A stretch of 35,791 nt of DNA from positions 147,233,222 to 147,269,012 of the forward strand of contig NC_068983.1 in the NCBI RefSeq assembly GCF_001194135.2. The letters run 5' to 3'. This DNA comes from Octopus bimaculoides. Its lineage: Eukaryota. Below, in pieces: positions 11,300 to 24,645 of the stretch. The notes beneath the pieces were generated by a model. It had not been told where the DNA came from, did not search any database, and saw only the letters and a program-made list of their open reading frames with translations. Position 1 is the stretch's first letter, and each line of letters starts with the position of its first letter. The position numbers and the translations under genes were made by a program.

Positions 11300-11948
11300 T
11301 GGAACGTTTACTCACCCAAATTGAATGTTGGGTTCACCACTTTGAGCCAGAGTCCAAACGGCAGTCCATGCAGTAGAAACACCCGTCTTCTTCTCCACCA
11401 AAGAAGGACAAGGTGGTGTCATCGATAGGGAAGGCGATGGTCTCCGTCTTCCGGGCATTGTGTTCATTGGCTACCTTCAGAAAGGCCATACTATCAATGG
11501 AGAATACTATACCAACTTGTGGAGGCAGCTGCGAAAGGTAGTCAAGTGAAAACGGCCTGGAAAAATGACGAAGGGTGTCCTGCTTCACCAGGGCAATGCC
11601 CTGCACGCAATTCTGTGGTAGCAATGGCTACTGTGTGTGATTGTGGCTTTGAATTCGTTGATCACCATCCATATTCTCCAGATTTGGTACCATCTGACTA
11701 TTTTCTGTTCCCTAACATGAAAAAACACTTGGCTGGGAAGCAATATCGGACCGATGATGAGGTCCTATCTGCTGTTGAGGAGCTTTTGAGTGTCAAGATG
11801 AGAACTTCTATACCATGGGAATCCAAACGCTGCAACACTGATGGAAGAAGTGTATAGACTGCATGGGCGACGATGTCGAAAAATAAAATACATTTGGTTA
11901 GACTATTGCATCGTGGTCAGCCTATGAACTTTTCAGCCAACCCTCGTA
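11299..11948 (+). mobile_element. 5'-truncated mariner (irritans-like)
   Basis: WVHHFEPESKRQSMQ, HQGNA, HHPYSPDLVPSDYFLFPNMKK motifs with frameshifts. The 3' TIR cagcctatgaacttttcagccaaccctcg is followed by TA. Confidence 0.88.
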
Positions 11949-12298
11949 CCCTATGTAGCCCTTTGTATTTATTAAACTCCATTCACTTTGCTATCGTGTA
12001 TTTACTTAGCTTTGTAATTATGATTTTATATTTCTCTTTCAAATTTTATTTATTCTATTTTCGCCATTTCCCTCTTTCCGTGTTTGCACATTTGTCGTCT
12101 ATTATACACAGCACTGATTGAAGTCGTTATTTCTACAGACATGAACAACACGAATCACGTGACTTTACTGTTTAGTTTTCTTTTTAGTTGCAAAGCTATT
12201 TAGACTATAAATACAAGTCAAGCTAATTCACTTCTAAATTATTGTGATGGGCTTATCAGTGAACCTAACATAACCTTACTTTTCCATATACATATACA

Positions 12299-12336
<38 letters not shown>

Positions 12337-12799
12337 TTTCGTATACTCTCTCGCTTTCCATATCTATCTATCTATCTATCTATAATCTCTCTCTCTCTAT
12401 CTATCTATATATATGTAAGTATATTAGTATATGCAAAGCCATACGAATAGAGAAAACAAATGTGTGTATGTGTGAGTGTGTGTGTGTGTGTGTGTTTGCA
12501 TATCTGTGTATATGAGTATACATTATGTCTCTACATATGTTGATACCTTTGTCACAGGGCTGTCTTGTGTGGTTACCGAGATGCTTGTCAAATCATGTGA
12601 CTTATCAGTTTATGGCCTTATACCTTTCTCAGGAAGTCCTAACGTTTCCAGAATAAGCATAGTCCTTATCGACATCAGCACTAACACATACACCCAGTCT
12701 TACTCTGACACTCTCTTCTAACCGCTCGTTTGCTATTGCCATCATCAACAACATGCTTACAACCATTGTCATATCTCAACGTCAACACAATCATCTGTC

Positions 12800-12833
12800 T
12801 GTTTGTCTGTCTGTCTGTATGTATGTGTGTGCA

Positions 12834-12919
<86 letters not shown>

Positions 12920-12975
12920 CGTGTGAGTAAAGAAATCGTGTGCAGGTGTGTGTATGTATTTGTGTGTGTGCGTGC
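12800..12975. repeat. (TG)n-rich microsatellite
   Basis: Direct reading; source of the spurious CVCV/HTHT ORFs. Confidence 0.95.
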
Positions 12976-13039
12976 GTATAATGACCTAAACAGCTAAAAT
13001 AAATTTGGAAATCTTGCTTTATCTTGTCTGTCATCACAC

Positions 13040-13420
13040 CACCAAAATTCAAAAAATGTAAAATTCCCTCCAATACTGAACGCTCTTTTGGATCTTTTCT
13101 GGATGCGATCCAGCATAGATTCAACATTTGGGATATGGATCTCGTCATCAGATCCTCAAAGCGTTGTGATATATTTCTTCCAGTATTTTATGTTTACCAT
13201 TATAAGCTCGCAACTCATCCGATACAATCTGTGTTTCTGATGGAATGTAATTTGGAATGACCACTTTTTGTCCAACCTTTATTTTACTCCCTCCTAGTAA
13301 AATAGATTTTGTACTGGATGTTGTGTGATGAAATACATGCAGTTGTCTGCGCATAACAGGTGCCCAATCAACGACAGTTTTTCCGACGGTAGATTTAGTT
13401 TCAGCAGCTGTGGCCTTTTA
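13040..13420 (-). mobile_element. Merlin (IS1016/ISXO2-like) DDE transposase remnant
   Basis: Across frames: KTVVDW..MR.., FITQHPVQ..LGG, YIPSETQIVSDELRAY, and DDEIHIPNVESMLDRIQKR. These resemble Merlin motifs VDW/LGGPG/I.SD.WRAY/HTQ.IES.W. The first-Asp region is deleted; no TIRs were seen. Confidence 0.6.
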
Positions 13421-13789
13421 TAACATTACATAAATGAAAGTCATTAATTGTAACTAACTCCGTTAAATTTTTTTTTTTTTTTTTGGAAAACTAATTCGGA
13501 AGAATTAATTCGACCTTATGGTTTTACTCGCATTTTTTTTTTTTTTTTTGTGATAAACAGGATTTTAGTCAATCATTCCAACACAAAGTATCTAGTTCAT
13601 AAAGTGACGTGGTTAAGGTGCTCAAAATTTACACCTTGTCTTGGATCGATGCTCGGCAGTTCTCAAGACTTGCTCGAGAGTTCTCAATTTTGGCTCTCTA
13701 TCAGTTTTATTGCTCAGATTTATGTTCCTATTTTCGATGAGTTATCTGTACTCATACTTTTTTTTAAATAAAATTATTTTATTAAAAGT

Positions 13790-16105
13790 GGTCACACAAG
13801 ATAATCGTTTTGAAGCATTTACTTAGTCATTCAATCTAGCCATCATATTTCTGCACAATCCTTAATTATTGCTGATTTCATTTTAATTTCTTTACACCTT
13901 GCAAGATTCTATATTGAAAAGACATATAAGGTGAACATTATCTTAAAGAATATTTTATAACTCAGACAGACGTGTAAGCACATAAATGATCTACTTATTG
14001 TAATTAAAGATGTATTACAAGAATATTATTAATATCTGTATGCACAGTAGATTAGAATTAATTTAAACATTGCAGCATTAAAATTTTACTTATGACGCAT
14101 AGTGCCATTCTAATATAAGAAGAGTTGCAGGTTATAAAGCAATTGAACACACACAACTATTAATGTGAATGTTCTTGATATTTTAATTTCATCAAATATA
14201 TCTATAGCCTAATATACAAACAATGAATAAGCACATCCCACAAATGTGTTAACAAGCTGAATATTGCATTTTAGTTAACTTGAGATCAACAATATGAAAG
14301 AAAAGAAATATATCTGAGATGACATAGACAAGAAAGCATAACGAACATGATATTGAATGCATAAGATATACTAAGGCAAAAAACTATTAACCACAGATAA
14401 ACACGAAGCAATACAGAAGTACTTAGTTGTGGTCGTTATAATAGTTCTTGTTCTTGCCCCAGACCTTTGATGCTAGTTTTCCAGCTGTGACTATGCTGTC
14501 TTGTCTTGTCAAGGATTATATATTTAGTATTGTATTATCCAATATATATTTCTCTTTTGTTATGATGGAGGATGTAATTTGTGGGAGATTTGACTGCTTT
14601 TTCTGATAGGTTAAGTAACGGCGTAGAATCTCTGCAATACTTCAGTCATTGGTTCTCGTCAGTGATTTAGAACATCACTCTACGCAGTAAATCTATCTCC
14701 TAAACTTTGCAGCCAAATATTCTTCAAAAAATATACTGTCACTTAAAAGGTGAAACGTGATATTGGATAACGCAATTCACGAGAAAATTTGAGTGTTAAA
14801 AGGTATGGACAAGAGTGGAACGTTTTAGTTCAGAGTTCTGCTTGATCACGTCTATCATATAATAAAATAAACAGCTGGTACTTTCGAACTTATGTGTTGT
14901 TCAGTCTCAAACTGGTGAGTAAGAGAACGAGTACTGGGTTGTAGAGTGAGAAAACTTCAAGGTAGAAGGCGAAAATTACATCAAGCGGCTGTGTTTGAAA
15001 CCGGAAAGCAACAAACTAGTTATGTCTCGACGTGGTATGTTGACAACTGTCATCGCTCAACTCTTAAATGCTACTGCTTGCCGACTACTGTTCGAAGTCA
15101 ATAGACGGCCTCATGAACCATGTGGAAGATATATAGAAACAAAATGAGTCGCTACTTCTTCAAATAATCCAAGTTACCTGTACTGACCAATGCTGGGTCG
15201 TATATTTACATGTAAACGCTACCTTTAAATTCTACATAAGTCTAATTTTTCATAAGTCTAATGATGAAGTCGTAACTTTGAGTAAAATAGAGCTGAGTTA
15301 AACTGTTACCAAATACTTATGAAATTCCAACTAAATGCATTAAGTGGGGTGGTATTTCTTGTTTAGTTTACTTTCACGTGTAAATGTGTATGGTATGTGT
15401 GTGTGTAAAATGGTGACTTTGCACAGTGGAAAGAAAACTTTCTGCTAAGAGGAATTAACACTAACTGATCTCAGATGTTTAGCTAAGAGGTATACACAAC
15501 TGGCCCCTGATCATGTATATACATATATACAACAAATATGCAACAGAAGTATAAAATATCCAGCTTAGTGCTGCATGACTGTTTTTCATGTTTAACTCGC
15601 ACACAGTAAAATATAGCCAAATTGATCCTTCCTACGATTTCTCTTAGAATGGCGGAATTTGAATGCTGAGCCTTAAATTACTTACCTTAATATTATAGGG
15701 TTTCTTTATCAGCATTGCATTACAATTGATTTACTTTTGCAAATGGTGAAATCATGAACGCACAATGGTTATCCTTCAATCATTGAAAAATTAGATTTAA
15801 TTAACATAAATTACTATCTCTGATCACCAAATACAAGAAACTCTTAGAACGCGAGAGAGATTCCCATTTATCCGTTTAAACATTTGTTTTTATAGCTAAG
15901 ATTGTATATAACATTTTAAGGTCACACTGGATGCTTGAAATCGCTAATATGATATTGAAAGAAAAGAGTTTCTTTGATAAAAGAAGACATGCTAACAGAT
16001 TGGGCACCAATTGAAAAGTTGAATTCCGTTGAGTCATCTCGATTCTTTACCACACACCTTCCAACGGAACTTTATGCAACCAGAATTGCTAAAGATCATA
16101 AAGTT
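13790..16105 (+). repeat. Paralogous block (intron 1 + start of exon 2) duplicated at about 28400-31480
   Basis: Collinear similarity, e.g. aatatgaaagaaaagaaatatat.tgagat (about 14290 vs 28951), tgtgggagatttg.ctgc, ggtgaaatcatgaacg, ttagatttaatta, and gctaagattgtatat. Confidence 0.88.
15920..16105 (+). pseudogene. SULT-fold copy C: orphan, disabled exon 2
   Basis: SHWMLEIANMIL..RVSLIKEDMLTDWAPIEKL..SSRFFTTHLP..KDHKV. The acceptor ttcag has become tttaa relative to copy D. There is an 8-nt deletion plus further indels, and the exon is truncated by a LINE. No exon 1 or exons 3-5 were found nearby. Confidence 0.88.
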
Positions 16106-17720
16106 ATGAGCATGGAATGGGTTGACTATCGCAACGCATACGATATAATACCATATTCCTGAAGAACAAGAACAATGGAAATGTATGGAATAGCAGAAAA
16201 TATGAGAAGTCATATGAAATAGCATGAATTGCTGGAGAACGAATTAACAGCAGGGAATCAAATATTAGGAGAGGTGAAAATCAAGGAAGGATATTCATGT
16301 TAGGAATGATCCCCTCGAGTGAAATACTACATAAAACAAAGTTGAGGTATGATCTGGGAAGAGGTAAGGGCAAACTGAACCACTTGCTGTTCATGGACGA
16401 CATGAAGCTATTCACAAAAAAACTTAGGTAGAACTGGACAGCCTAGTCCAGTCTGTGCTTATTTTCTCCAATGATATTAAGATGGAGTTTGGACTCTCAA
16501 AATGTGCTACGATGGTGATAAGACGAGGAAAACTTGCCAGGACAGACGGCATATGTATGTCAAGTGGTGAAATGATGAAGACAAGTGAACCTGAATTCGG
16601 TTAGAAATACCTGACTGAGAAACGTAGATGGAATTAAACACAATGATATGAAAAGAAAAAGACAAAGAAAAACTACCTACGGTGTTTGAGAAAAATCCTG
16701 GCTTCAAAGATGAATGCCAGAAACATAATTTCAGCTATAAACTTGCGAGTACTCGCAGTAATTCGGTATGGCGCTGAAATCCTGAAGTGAATAGAAGAGG
16801 AGCTAAAGGAATTAGACAAGAAGACAAGAAAGCTACCAACGATACATGGAACCCATCATCCACGTGCAGACATTGATCGCCTATACATGAAGAGAGTAAA
16901 TGGAGGAAGGGGACTAGTAAGTGTGGAAGGCTGCGTGCATATTGCACTCGAGAGTTTAATGAAATACCCAGCCCAAAGTGAGGAAACCAAGCTAGTGAAA
17001 GTTAAGAATAAGGGTGTATTGAGAGCAGAGAAAAAAGGGAAAGCAGAAGAAGTACGAAAAGGACATGAACAAGAATTACGCAAGAAGGAACTACACAATC
17101 TATTCCATGTAGCCACAACTGAAGATGCCGGCAAACATAGGTAGGATCACTGAAGAAAGGAACATTGAACAAAGAGACTGAGAGCACTATACTGGGCGCA
17201 CAAGACCAAGCTTTGACCAAGATTGGAGGGTCAACCTTTGGAATGAGCAAGTGTCTCCGATGTGCTATATCTATAATAGAGTGGACGAAATCATAGACCG
17301 GACTTAGTGGTGGTGGACAAGATGCACCACATGTGCTATATAGTTGATGTTGCATGCCCCTTTGACCCACTAATGTTCAAGAAAGAAGGCGAGACACTAG
17401 ATAAGTACCACCCTCTTATGTACGAAATAGCCTGGCTGTGAAAAATGAAGAAGGTGAACATAGTGCCAATCATTGTTGGGTCCTTGGCGACAATATTAGA
17501 AGGCATCATGAGGAATATACAGGAAATTGGAATAGAGTATCCAGTAGAACTGTTACAAAAGGTTTGCTTCCTTAACACGGCCAGAATAATCAGGAAAGTA
17601 TTAGATAGTTGAAAAGAACAGATAGCATGATACCGCAGGCTACAGGCAGCAAGCCCGCTACAAATGCAAAACTCCAGAAGTTCCAACAAAACCTGAAATA
17701 AAAATACAAATAGCAATAAT
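16106..17720 (+). mobile_element. 5'-truncated R4/Dong-like REL LINE
   Basis: WVDYRNAYD, HLLFMDDMKL, KMEFGLSKC, RPDLVVVD (REL), VDVACPFD, VPIIVGSL, ...RIIRKVLDS*. The 3'UTR ends in aataataattataat. Many stops and deletions. Confidence 0.88.
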
Positions 17721-17933
17721 AATTATAATAATTGGGAGGACCACAGCAAATTACAAACATCACAGACGTGTGACAGCGAGCTGCCTGGGAAGATAGATCA
17801 AATCTGAAACCATCACGAAGCCGAAGTTAAGAATCCGCTAAAACAATCAAAGTGAAGTATGTTTTAATGTAAGTAATTTCAGGAAACCGAAATATTTCTC
17901 TTCATATATGGAGTATCTGAGTACCTTATTATT

Positions 17934-17971
<38 letters not shown>

Positions 17972-18473
17972 NNNNNNNNNNNNNNNNNNNNNNNNNNNNN
18001 NNNNNNNNNNNNNNNNNNNNNNNNNNNNNNNNNNNNNNNNNNNNNNNNNNNNNNNNNNNNNNNNNNNNNNNNNNNNNNNNNNNNNNNNNNNNNNNNNNNN
18101 NNNNNNNNNNNNNNNNNNNNNNNNNNNNNNNNNNNNNNNNNNNNNNNNNNNNNNNNNNNNNNNNNNNNNNNNNNNNNNNNNNNNNNNNNNNNNNNNNNNN
18201 NNNNNNNNNNNNNNNNNNNNNNNNNNNNNNNNNNNNNNNNNNNNNNNNNNNNNNNNNNNNNNNNNNNNNNNNNNNNNNNNNNNNNNNNNNNNNNNNNNNN
18301 NNNNNNNNNNNNNNNNNNNNNNNNNNNNNNNNNNNNNNNNNNNNNNNNNNNNNNNNNNNNNNNNNNNNNNNNNNNNNNNNNNNNNNNNNNNNNNNNNNNN
18401 NNNNNNNNNNNNNNNNNNNNNNNNNNNNNNNNNNNNNNNNNNNNNNNNNNNNNNNNNNNNNNNNNNNNNNNNN
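17972..18473. other. Assembly gap flanked by (TA)n and (CA)n
   Basis: N bases. Confidence 1.
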
Positions 18474-18545
<72 letters not shown>

Positions 18546-19039
18546 TAGCTTCTCCCTGATGTGCCGCCGCAGCAAAACGTCTGTGAAAATGTAAACATGT
18601 GGACTGCAATACTTCTAGACCAAAACTGCGAAACTGCAAGTAAATTTTTAATCTCATATGCAAACCTAGCTCTAAAAATACTCTATACATATGCACATTG
18701 TTGTTTCTCAGTTATTCGCTAATACATCAATAAATGTTCTATTTATACTACCCACGGATGCGTAGAAAACAAACATCGAACGCACGTTATTTAAATGACT
18801 TTAACAAAGGTGGTGTCGAGTTTCGTTCCCCTGAAGAGTGAAAAAGAGCAATTATGATCGATGTTCGGTGAAAAAAAAACAATAAATAGAGAATAAAGAA
18901 TAAAATAGAAAGAAATAGAGAATTTCGTCTTGTGAGCTCGAGCAATCGCGATACGAAAGAAGCTTCAATACACCTCCAGAGGATGTGTTCTCTGTCAAAA
19001 AGTTAGCGTTGTAAAGACGGACCCATCTCTTATTGTCCC

Positions 19040-19265
19040 TGCCCTAACGAATAACAAAACTAAAACGAACGATGGACAGATGAAAACGATTACAATGAAG
19101 TGATACACGCTTACTACAATGCAACACTATACAAAAAAACACAGGAATATATTCATACAGTAAATACCCAGTAAAACGAACAACTCCCTACTACATGTGC
19201 CATGAAGGGCCAATACCCAACAGAAGAACAGCGCACAATACACACACAATACAAACATTACTACA
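19040..19265 (+). mobile_element. Possible N-terminal (Myb-like) fragment of a REL LINE
   Basis: ...WTDEN.YNEVIHAYYNA... resembles the KWTxEE..V..Y start of the fragment at 19600. Heavily decayed. Confidence 0.35.
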
Positions 19266-19599
19266 ACAGAACAGTCAAATTAAACCCTGTAGCAAAATAT
19301 ACTCCCCAAACGACCAAAAAAAAATGCAATGTTGCACACATCTCAGCAGCACGAAAGTTTAAAATGTGGTGCAATAGAAACTTACTTGAAGCTATCAGAT
19401 GTTGAATAATAATAGTGATGATGACTATGATTGTGAAGAACATTACCATTATCTTACCTCAGTTTATGAGAGACAAGATTTTGCGCAGAAACTCTGATTG
19501 AAACAGTGAAAATTTAGTTTGAACTTTTCAGGCAAGGCCTCTTGTTTAACAATGGTTCAGTACAGATGCAAAATGACTACAGCTATTACCCTAAGATAA

Positions 19600-20172
19600 A
19601 ATCAGTAGATTAAGGAAACGGAAGTGTACTAGGGAAGAAAATAGGATAGTAATGCAGTGTTACTTAGAAAGTGTACCTAAAAGAAGGGGTTATAGAAAAC
19701 GAATGTTAACATTTTGGGTAAAGAAGGGTGTTTAAAGTGACTGAGCAGAGACAAGTAGATGAAGCTAATGCCATTAGGAGAAGAAAGTGGATGACAGACA
19801 TAAAAGTGGAAGAGGTCACCAGAGAACTGGCAAAGAAAGACCAAACAATTGAAAAACCAAGCAACAATATAGATGCAGTTAAAACCAAAGAAGGATCTAG
19901 AGGAAAGAATGACAACAGCACTACCAGTCAAGAAGGAACAATTGGCACTAGCGAATTAAGAAACTTAAGTGAGGAAGACCAGAAGATCAGCATTAAAAGG
20001 AGCAAACAGAAGGAAGCTGCTAGATATGATTAGGAAGGTAGATTCTGTTATCTGTAGGATAGATACTAAAAATATAGGTAACACTAACTTATTGATCTAC
20101 GTAGGAGGGGTAGTTGTTTCTAGAAGATTAGGTATTCCTCAAGGAAAGATTATGAAAAAACAAATGTGGAGT
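19600..20172 (+). mobile_element. 5' portion (Myb-like N-terminus) of an R4/Dong-like LINE
   Basis: RK(C/W)TREENRIVMQCYLES.PKRRGYRKRML.FW..KG.FKVTEQR..D.ANAIRRRKWMTD, then NLLIYVGGVVV..RLG. Frameshifted. Confidence 0.7.
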
Positions 20173-20569
20173 GATGTCTTTAAGACAAAATCTGAAAAGA
20201 ATGGAAGCTTGTTTTATAGCCGGTTTGATTACTGTTTGTGTAACACTACTTTTATATGTTTCCTATTTGGAAATAGATAATAAATATATTTTACTTTTGA
20301 AGTAGGAATATATATTGATAAACACGTCACTTATAACTTACTTATAAATGTTATCATTATACATAAATCCTGACTCCAGCTACATAAATACCATAGCGAG
20401 AAATATATACTTTAAAACGCTAACGGACATTTTATGCGTGCATGTATGTTGAAGATAAATAAATTTGTGTTCTTTTAACCGCTATAAAAACCACAGTTTC
20501 ATAATTACAGAAATAAATTTCACTAACAAGTTGAAGAACATGAAGAAAGAGAAAATAATTACTACATTA

Positions 20570-21842
20570 CGAGGGGTGTATGAAAAGTCTTGAGCCTAAC
20601 CTAGAAACGGGGCTGCTAGGTAGCTGAAACAATTTTTTCTGGTTAGTACAGTCTTTTCGGGGTATTCTTGCTCATTTTCATGATTCTGATATTTTAAATT
20701 TTTTTTGCTGCAGATTTTTGAATAAACAAGTGTCGAGGTTACAATGAAAATGGAGAAAACTGAGTATCGTGCTGTCATAAAGTACCTTCATTTGAAAGGC
20801 ATGACTCCATCAGAAATCCATGAAAATATGGTGAGAACCTTAACAGACAATGCTCCTTTATATGCGACAATCAAACGCTGGGTAAATGAATTCCAGCGTG
20901 GCAGGGAGAGTGTGGAAGATGATCCCAGACCAGGGAGACCTCTAACTGCAACCACCGAGGACAACATTGACCTTGCTCTTGGTATGATAATGCAAGATCG
21001 TCGAATATCATGTCGTCAGATAGCCAAGAGATTGGACATTTCAACTGAAAGAGAAGACAACATTGTGACAAAAGAACTTGGATTCTCAAAAGTTTCTGCA
21101 AGGTGGGTCCCTCGCCTTTTGACTGAACAGAAACGTACCAGGTGCACTTTGTCCACGAGCAATCTGGAACTGTTTGAAGCCGATGAAGAGAATTTTCTGG
21201 CTCGTTTCATTGCTATGGATGAAAGTTGGGTTCATCACTACCAGCCTGAAACCAAAGAACAATTAAAGCAGTGGAAGCACACATCTCCTACTCCAAAGAA
21301 GGCCAGGGTCATTCCTTCAGCTGGCAAGGTCATGGCGTCAGTTCTTTAGGGTTCTCTAAGTGTCTTGCTGATAGATTACCTTGAAAAGGGTCACGCCATG
21401 ACAGGACTGTATTATTCTCAGCTACTGAAACGCCTCCAAGAAGCAATCAAAGAAAAAAGGCTGGGAATGCTCACCAGGGGAGTCCTTTTTAATCACGACA
21501 ATGCTCCAGCCCACACCTCAGTGGCTGCCATGGCAACATTCGTGATTGTGGATATGAACTTGTTCCCCATCCGCCTAATTCGCCAGACTTAGCTCCTTTG
21601 AATTTCATCTATACCCAAAATTGAAAAATGCCTTGGCTGGTCGCCATTTTGCCGTCATAGACGCTGTAGAAAGTTTCTTGGAATCTCAAACAAAAGAGTT
21701 CCTCTACGCCAGGATAATGGCGCTTCAGCACTGCTGGAGAAAGTGTTCAGCTATCGAGGAGGACTATGTTGAAAAATAAATCATCAGAAGTCTTGTACCG
21801 TGTTTTGTTTTTTGAGGCTCAAGACTTTTCATACACCCCTCT
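20570..21842 (+). mobile_element. Full-length mariner (irritans-like), transposase disrupted
   Basis: 28-bp TIRs: cgaggggtgtatgaaaagtcttgagcct (20570-20597) and 21815-21842, 27/28 match, TA on both sides. Transposase MEKTEYRAVIKY...WVPRLL...MDESWVHHY...HDNAPAH...SPDLAP. Stop at 21347-21349 plus frameshifts. Confidence 0.95.
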
Positions 21843-22648
21843 TATTTTATTTATGTACATTTAGCATTTATAGTACAATTGGGAAGGAAAGTCATTTTGT
21901 CGTAGAGAATTACGACTTAAAATTTACACTAGCTAATCCTTCGTACTAACTACTAGAGTTCACAATTCAAATAAGTCTTGTTGGATTTTTATCATAGACA
22001 TGGCATAAAAAATAGCCAATATCTCAATGAGTGAGTGTTGTGGAGTTTAGTAACATCCTACGATCACTGAGTAATTTCCCAAAAAACAAGGTTTTTATAA
22101 CTGCTCATATCCGAATTCTAAGAACCGTATTTCGTGAAACATTTCTTTGATGAAAGTTTAGAATTCGTATATGGGCAGTAGTTTTAACCAATGGGATACC
22201 AACAATTATGCTTGTTCGGGCAAACGATCATTACGTCATATTGTCGCCTTTTGTCACTTGCTACACTTAGAAACTGAACAACTCCGTGAAAGCCATCATA
22301 ACCGCCTTTCATTATATGTTCCACGTTGACTGCTGCAACTGATATTAGTGCGAATGAACTTTGAAATTTGTACTGCACGTATAGTATGTATTCGTAATCT
22401 GTAATCAGTTCAAAATCAGACATATTAAAATATTCAAATCAAGGTTTAATGATAAAAAATATCAACATACTTCAACATATTATACAAGGAGAGATAGAGT
22501 GTTATGTTTCATTTGACAGGCACATCTGATAAATGTGCATAATAAATACTTTCTGAGCTGTAAATTAGTCTCACACTAAAGGACAACAAAAGAAACTGAT
22601 AGGATTTTTTTTTAATCGATTACAATAACTAGTACATCAACAACTACA

Positions 22649-22859
22649 ATGGATAAAGAAATCAACCCTGAAGAAATAAAAAAAGAAATTGAAAGTAATT
22701 TTAAGCAATACTTCGGCAAAGATGGAGAACCTATATCTGTTTATCAATATAAAGGACACAATATTCTGCATCTCGACATGGCATCGTCAGCTTTATCGAA
22801 ACTACATACGGTGAAAATTAGACTTGATGATATTTTGATGCTTTCCTTTCCTGCAGCAG
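22649..22859 (+). CDS. SULT-fold gene copy D, coding exon 1
   Basis: ATG at 22649; EEIKKEIESN...YQYKGHN...MASSALSKLHTVKIRLDDILMLSFPAA-G; donor g|gtcag (phase 1), the same position as in copy B. Confidence 0.88.
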
Positions 22860-23409
22860 GTCAGATGTTACTATCTCAATTTTGTTAGGCAAAATATTTT
22901 TCATTGTAGCCTCTGTTTAGAGGTTCACTGAGACTAGGTGTGTTTGCATGTGTGTGTGTATGCATGTGTCTATATGACGTTCGTACGTGTACTTAGGTTT
23001 GTAAAGATTTTATTTCGTCTTTGGATTTGGTTTGCAAGATTCTTTATGTGAGTTCGTGTGTTGAAGCATATTCTGTTGTCTGGGGAGAGCAATTTTCTTT
23101 TTGTGCCTTATAATTTAACACATTCACCGGTAAAATTTCCACTTTCTTATTTACAAAACTAACTGATCATGCCGCTTTCCTCCCTCCAGTTGTAGAGAGA
23201 ATATTTACCTCCACCATTCACGAGTCGCCTATACAGCTAAGTGCTCTACAAGTGCGAAACTAATGTTCACTCTCTGACCATTTTAGCACACTTCTTTATG
23301 AAATACTTTATGAAAATATATGAAATACTGACATACATGTACGTGCGCGCCCGTATAAAAATATTAATATATAAAATCCGTTCTGTCTGTCTATCTATCT
23401 TTTTGTGTG

Positions 23410-24645
23410 CTTATAACTCGAGTATTGTTTTTCGAACACCATCCGGAGTATTCGAGTGGTCCCAAGCAGTGCTCTTTTCTGCAAGTGCTCCACCCTTATT
23501 GCAGCCCCTATTCGTTCCACGTACTTCTCGAGACTTTTGCTCACTGTTCCCAGGGCTCCGACAATCATTGGTACTACTACTACCTTTTTCATCGATCACA
23601 ACTGCTTAACCTGTCATATCTCTCGACTTTTCTTTCTTCCCTGTCGCATACCTCGTTGTCAGCTGGGTTTGCTATGTCTAAGATCTAGGATCGTTTGCTT
23701 TCTTTCTCAATTAACACTACATCTTGTTTCTTATTCTCTATATCATGGTCGCACTGAATCATAAAATCCTATAGGATCTTTGCATCATCATTTTCGATAA
23801 TGCCTTCGGGTTTATGTTTCGCTCTGTCAAGTCCATACTTATCGCAAGTTGTCCAGTGGACAATTCTTGCTATATTGTATGACGAATCTTATATATATAT
23901 ACTTTCTGGGCTAGTCGCGTATATTGACTGGTAATATGCCGTACGGTTTCACCATTTTGTCCACAAATTCTGCACTTATCACTTTCTGATGTGTTGTCTA
24001 TTATGTATTTGATGTAATTGATTCTTAATGCTTGCTCTTGGGCAGCATAGATTAGAGTTTCCGTTTCCAGTCTTAAATCACTTTTAGTCATCCATAGCCA
24101 TCTTTTTTCTCTGTCTGTCTTATCTTCAACATCCCTATGAAATTGTCCATGCATTCTTTTCTTTATCTACCTATTTTCAGTTTCATTCATTCTCAAGTGC
24201 TTGTACAGTGCTTTACCTTTGCAGTCTTTCATCCCACACAAGGCTGAGTTTCTTACTTCCAATAATAGCGGTCCTGTGACATTTTTTACAAACCATACTA
24301 CGCTGTTTTCTTCTGTTCTAATGCTGTGCTCGCATCCAATCAGTCCTATTCCTCCTCTTTTTCTTGGTACATACAGTCTGCCTGTGGCACTTTTTGGGTG
24401 GAGTATCCCATATCAAAGTTAGCAACTTCCTTGTCTTTCTATCTAAGGTGTTTACTTCGTCTACTGTCCATGCAGTTACCTCTGCTCCATATCTAAGAAG
24501 TGAAACCGCCCAGGTGTTGATAACTTCAATCTTATTCCGTCCGTTTAATTTCGACTTAAGGACCAGTCTCAGTGTGCACAAGTACTCCACCTTAAATTTT
24601 TCTGTCATTTCTTTCTCCGTCAATTTATCCATTTCCAATAACGAC
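23410..24645 (-). mobile_element. R4/Dong-like REL LINE, 3' half
   Basis: KSKLNGRNKIEVINTWAVS, MHGQF, AAQEQAL, CRICG...H (CCHC finger), VPMIVGALG...LLGTTRILR. Confidence 0.88.

Noticed and set aside
13137-13155. Hammerhead ribozyme core (CTGATGA on the minus strand within a 6-bp hairpin)
   Set aside because: No correctly placed stem II/GAAA/stem III; it falls in Merlin-like coding sequence.
15920-16105. Alternative exon of copy B or D
   Set aside because: It lies after B's stop and before D's ATG, the acceptor is mutated, and it is frameshifted.
20744-21779. Domesticated mariner gene (SETMAR-like)
   Set aside because: In-frame stop, frameshifts, intact TIRs and no SET exon.
23360-23410. 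Helitron-like 5' end (tatataaaa...ctgtctgtct...ataactcgag)
   Set aside because: Too short, and no 3' hairpin/CTAG was found to support it.
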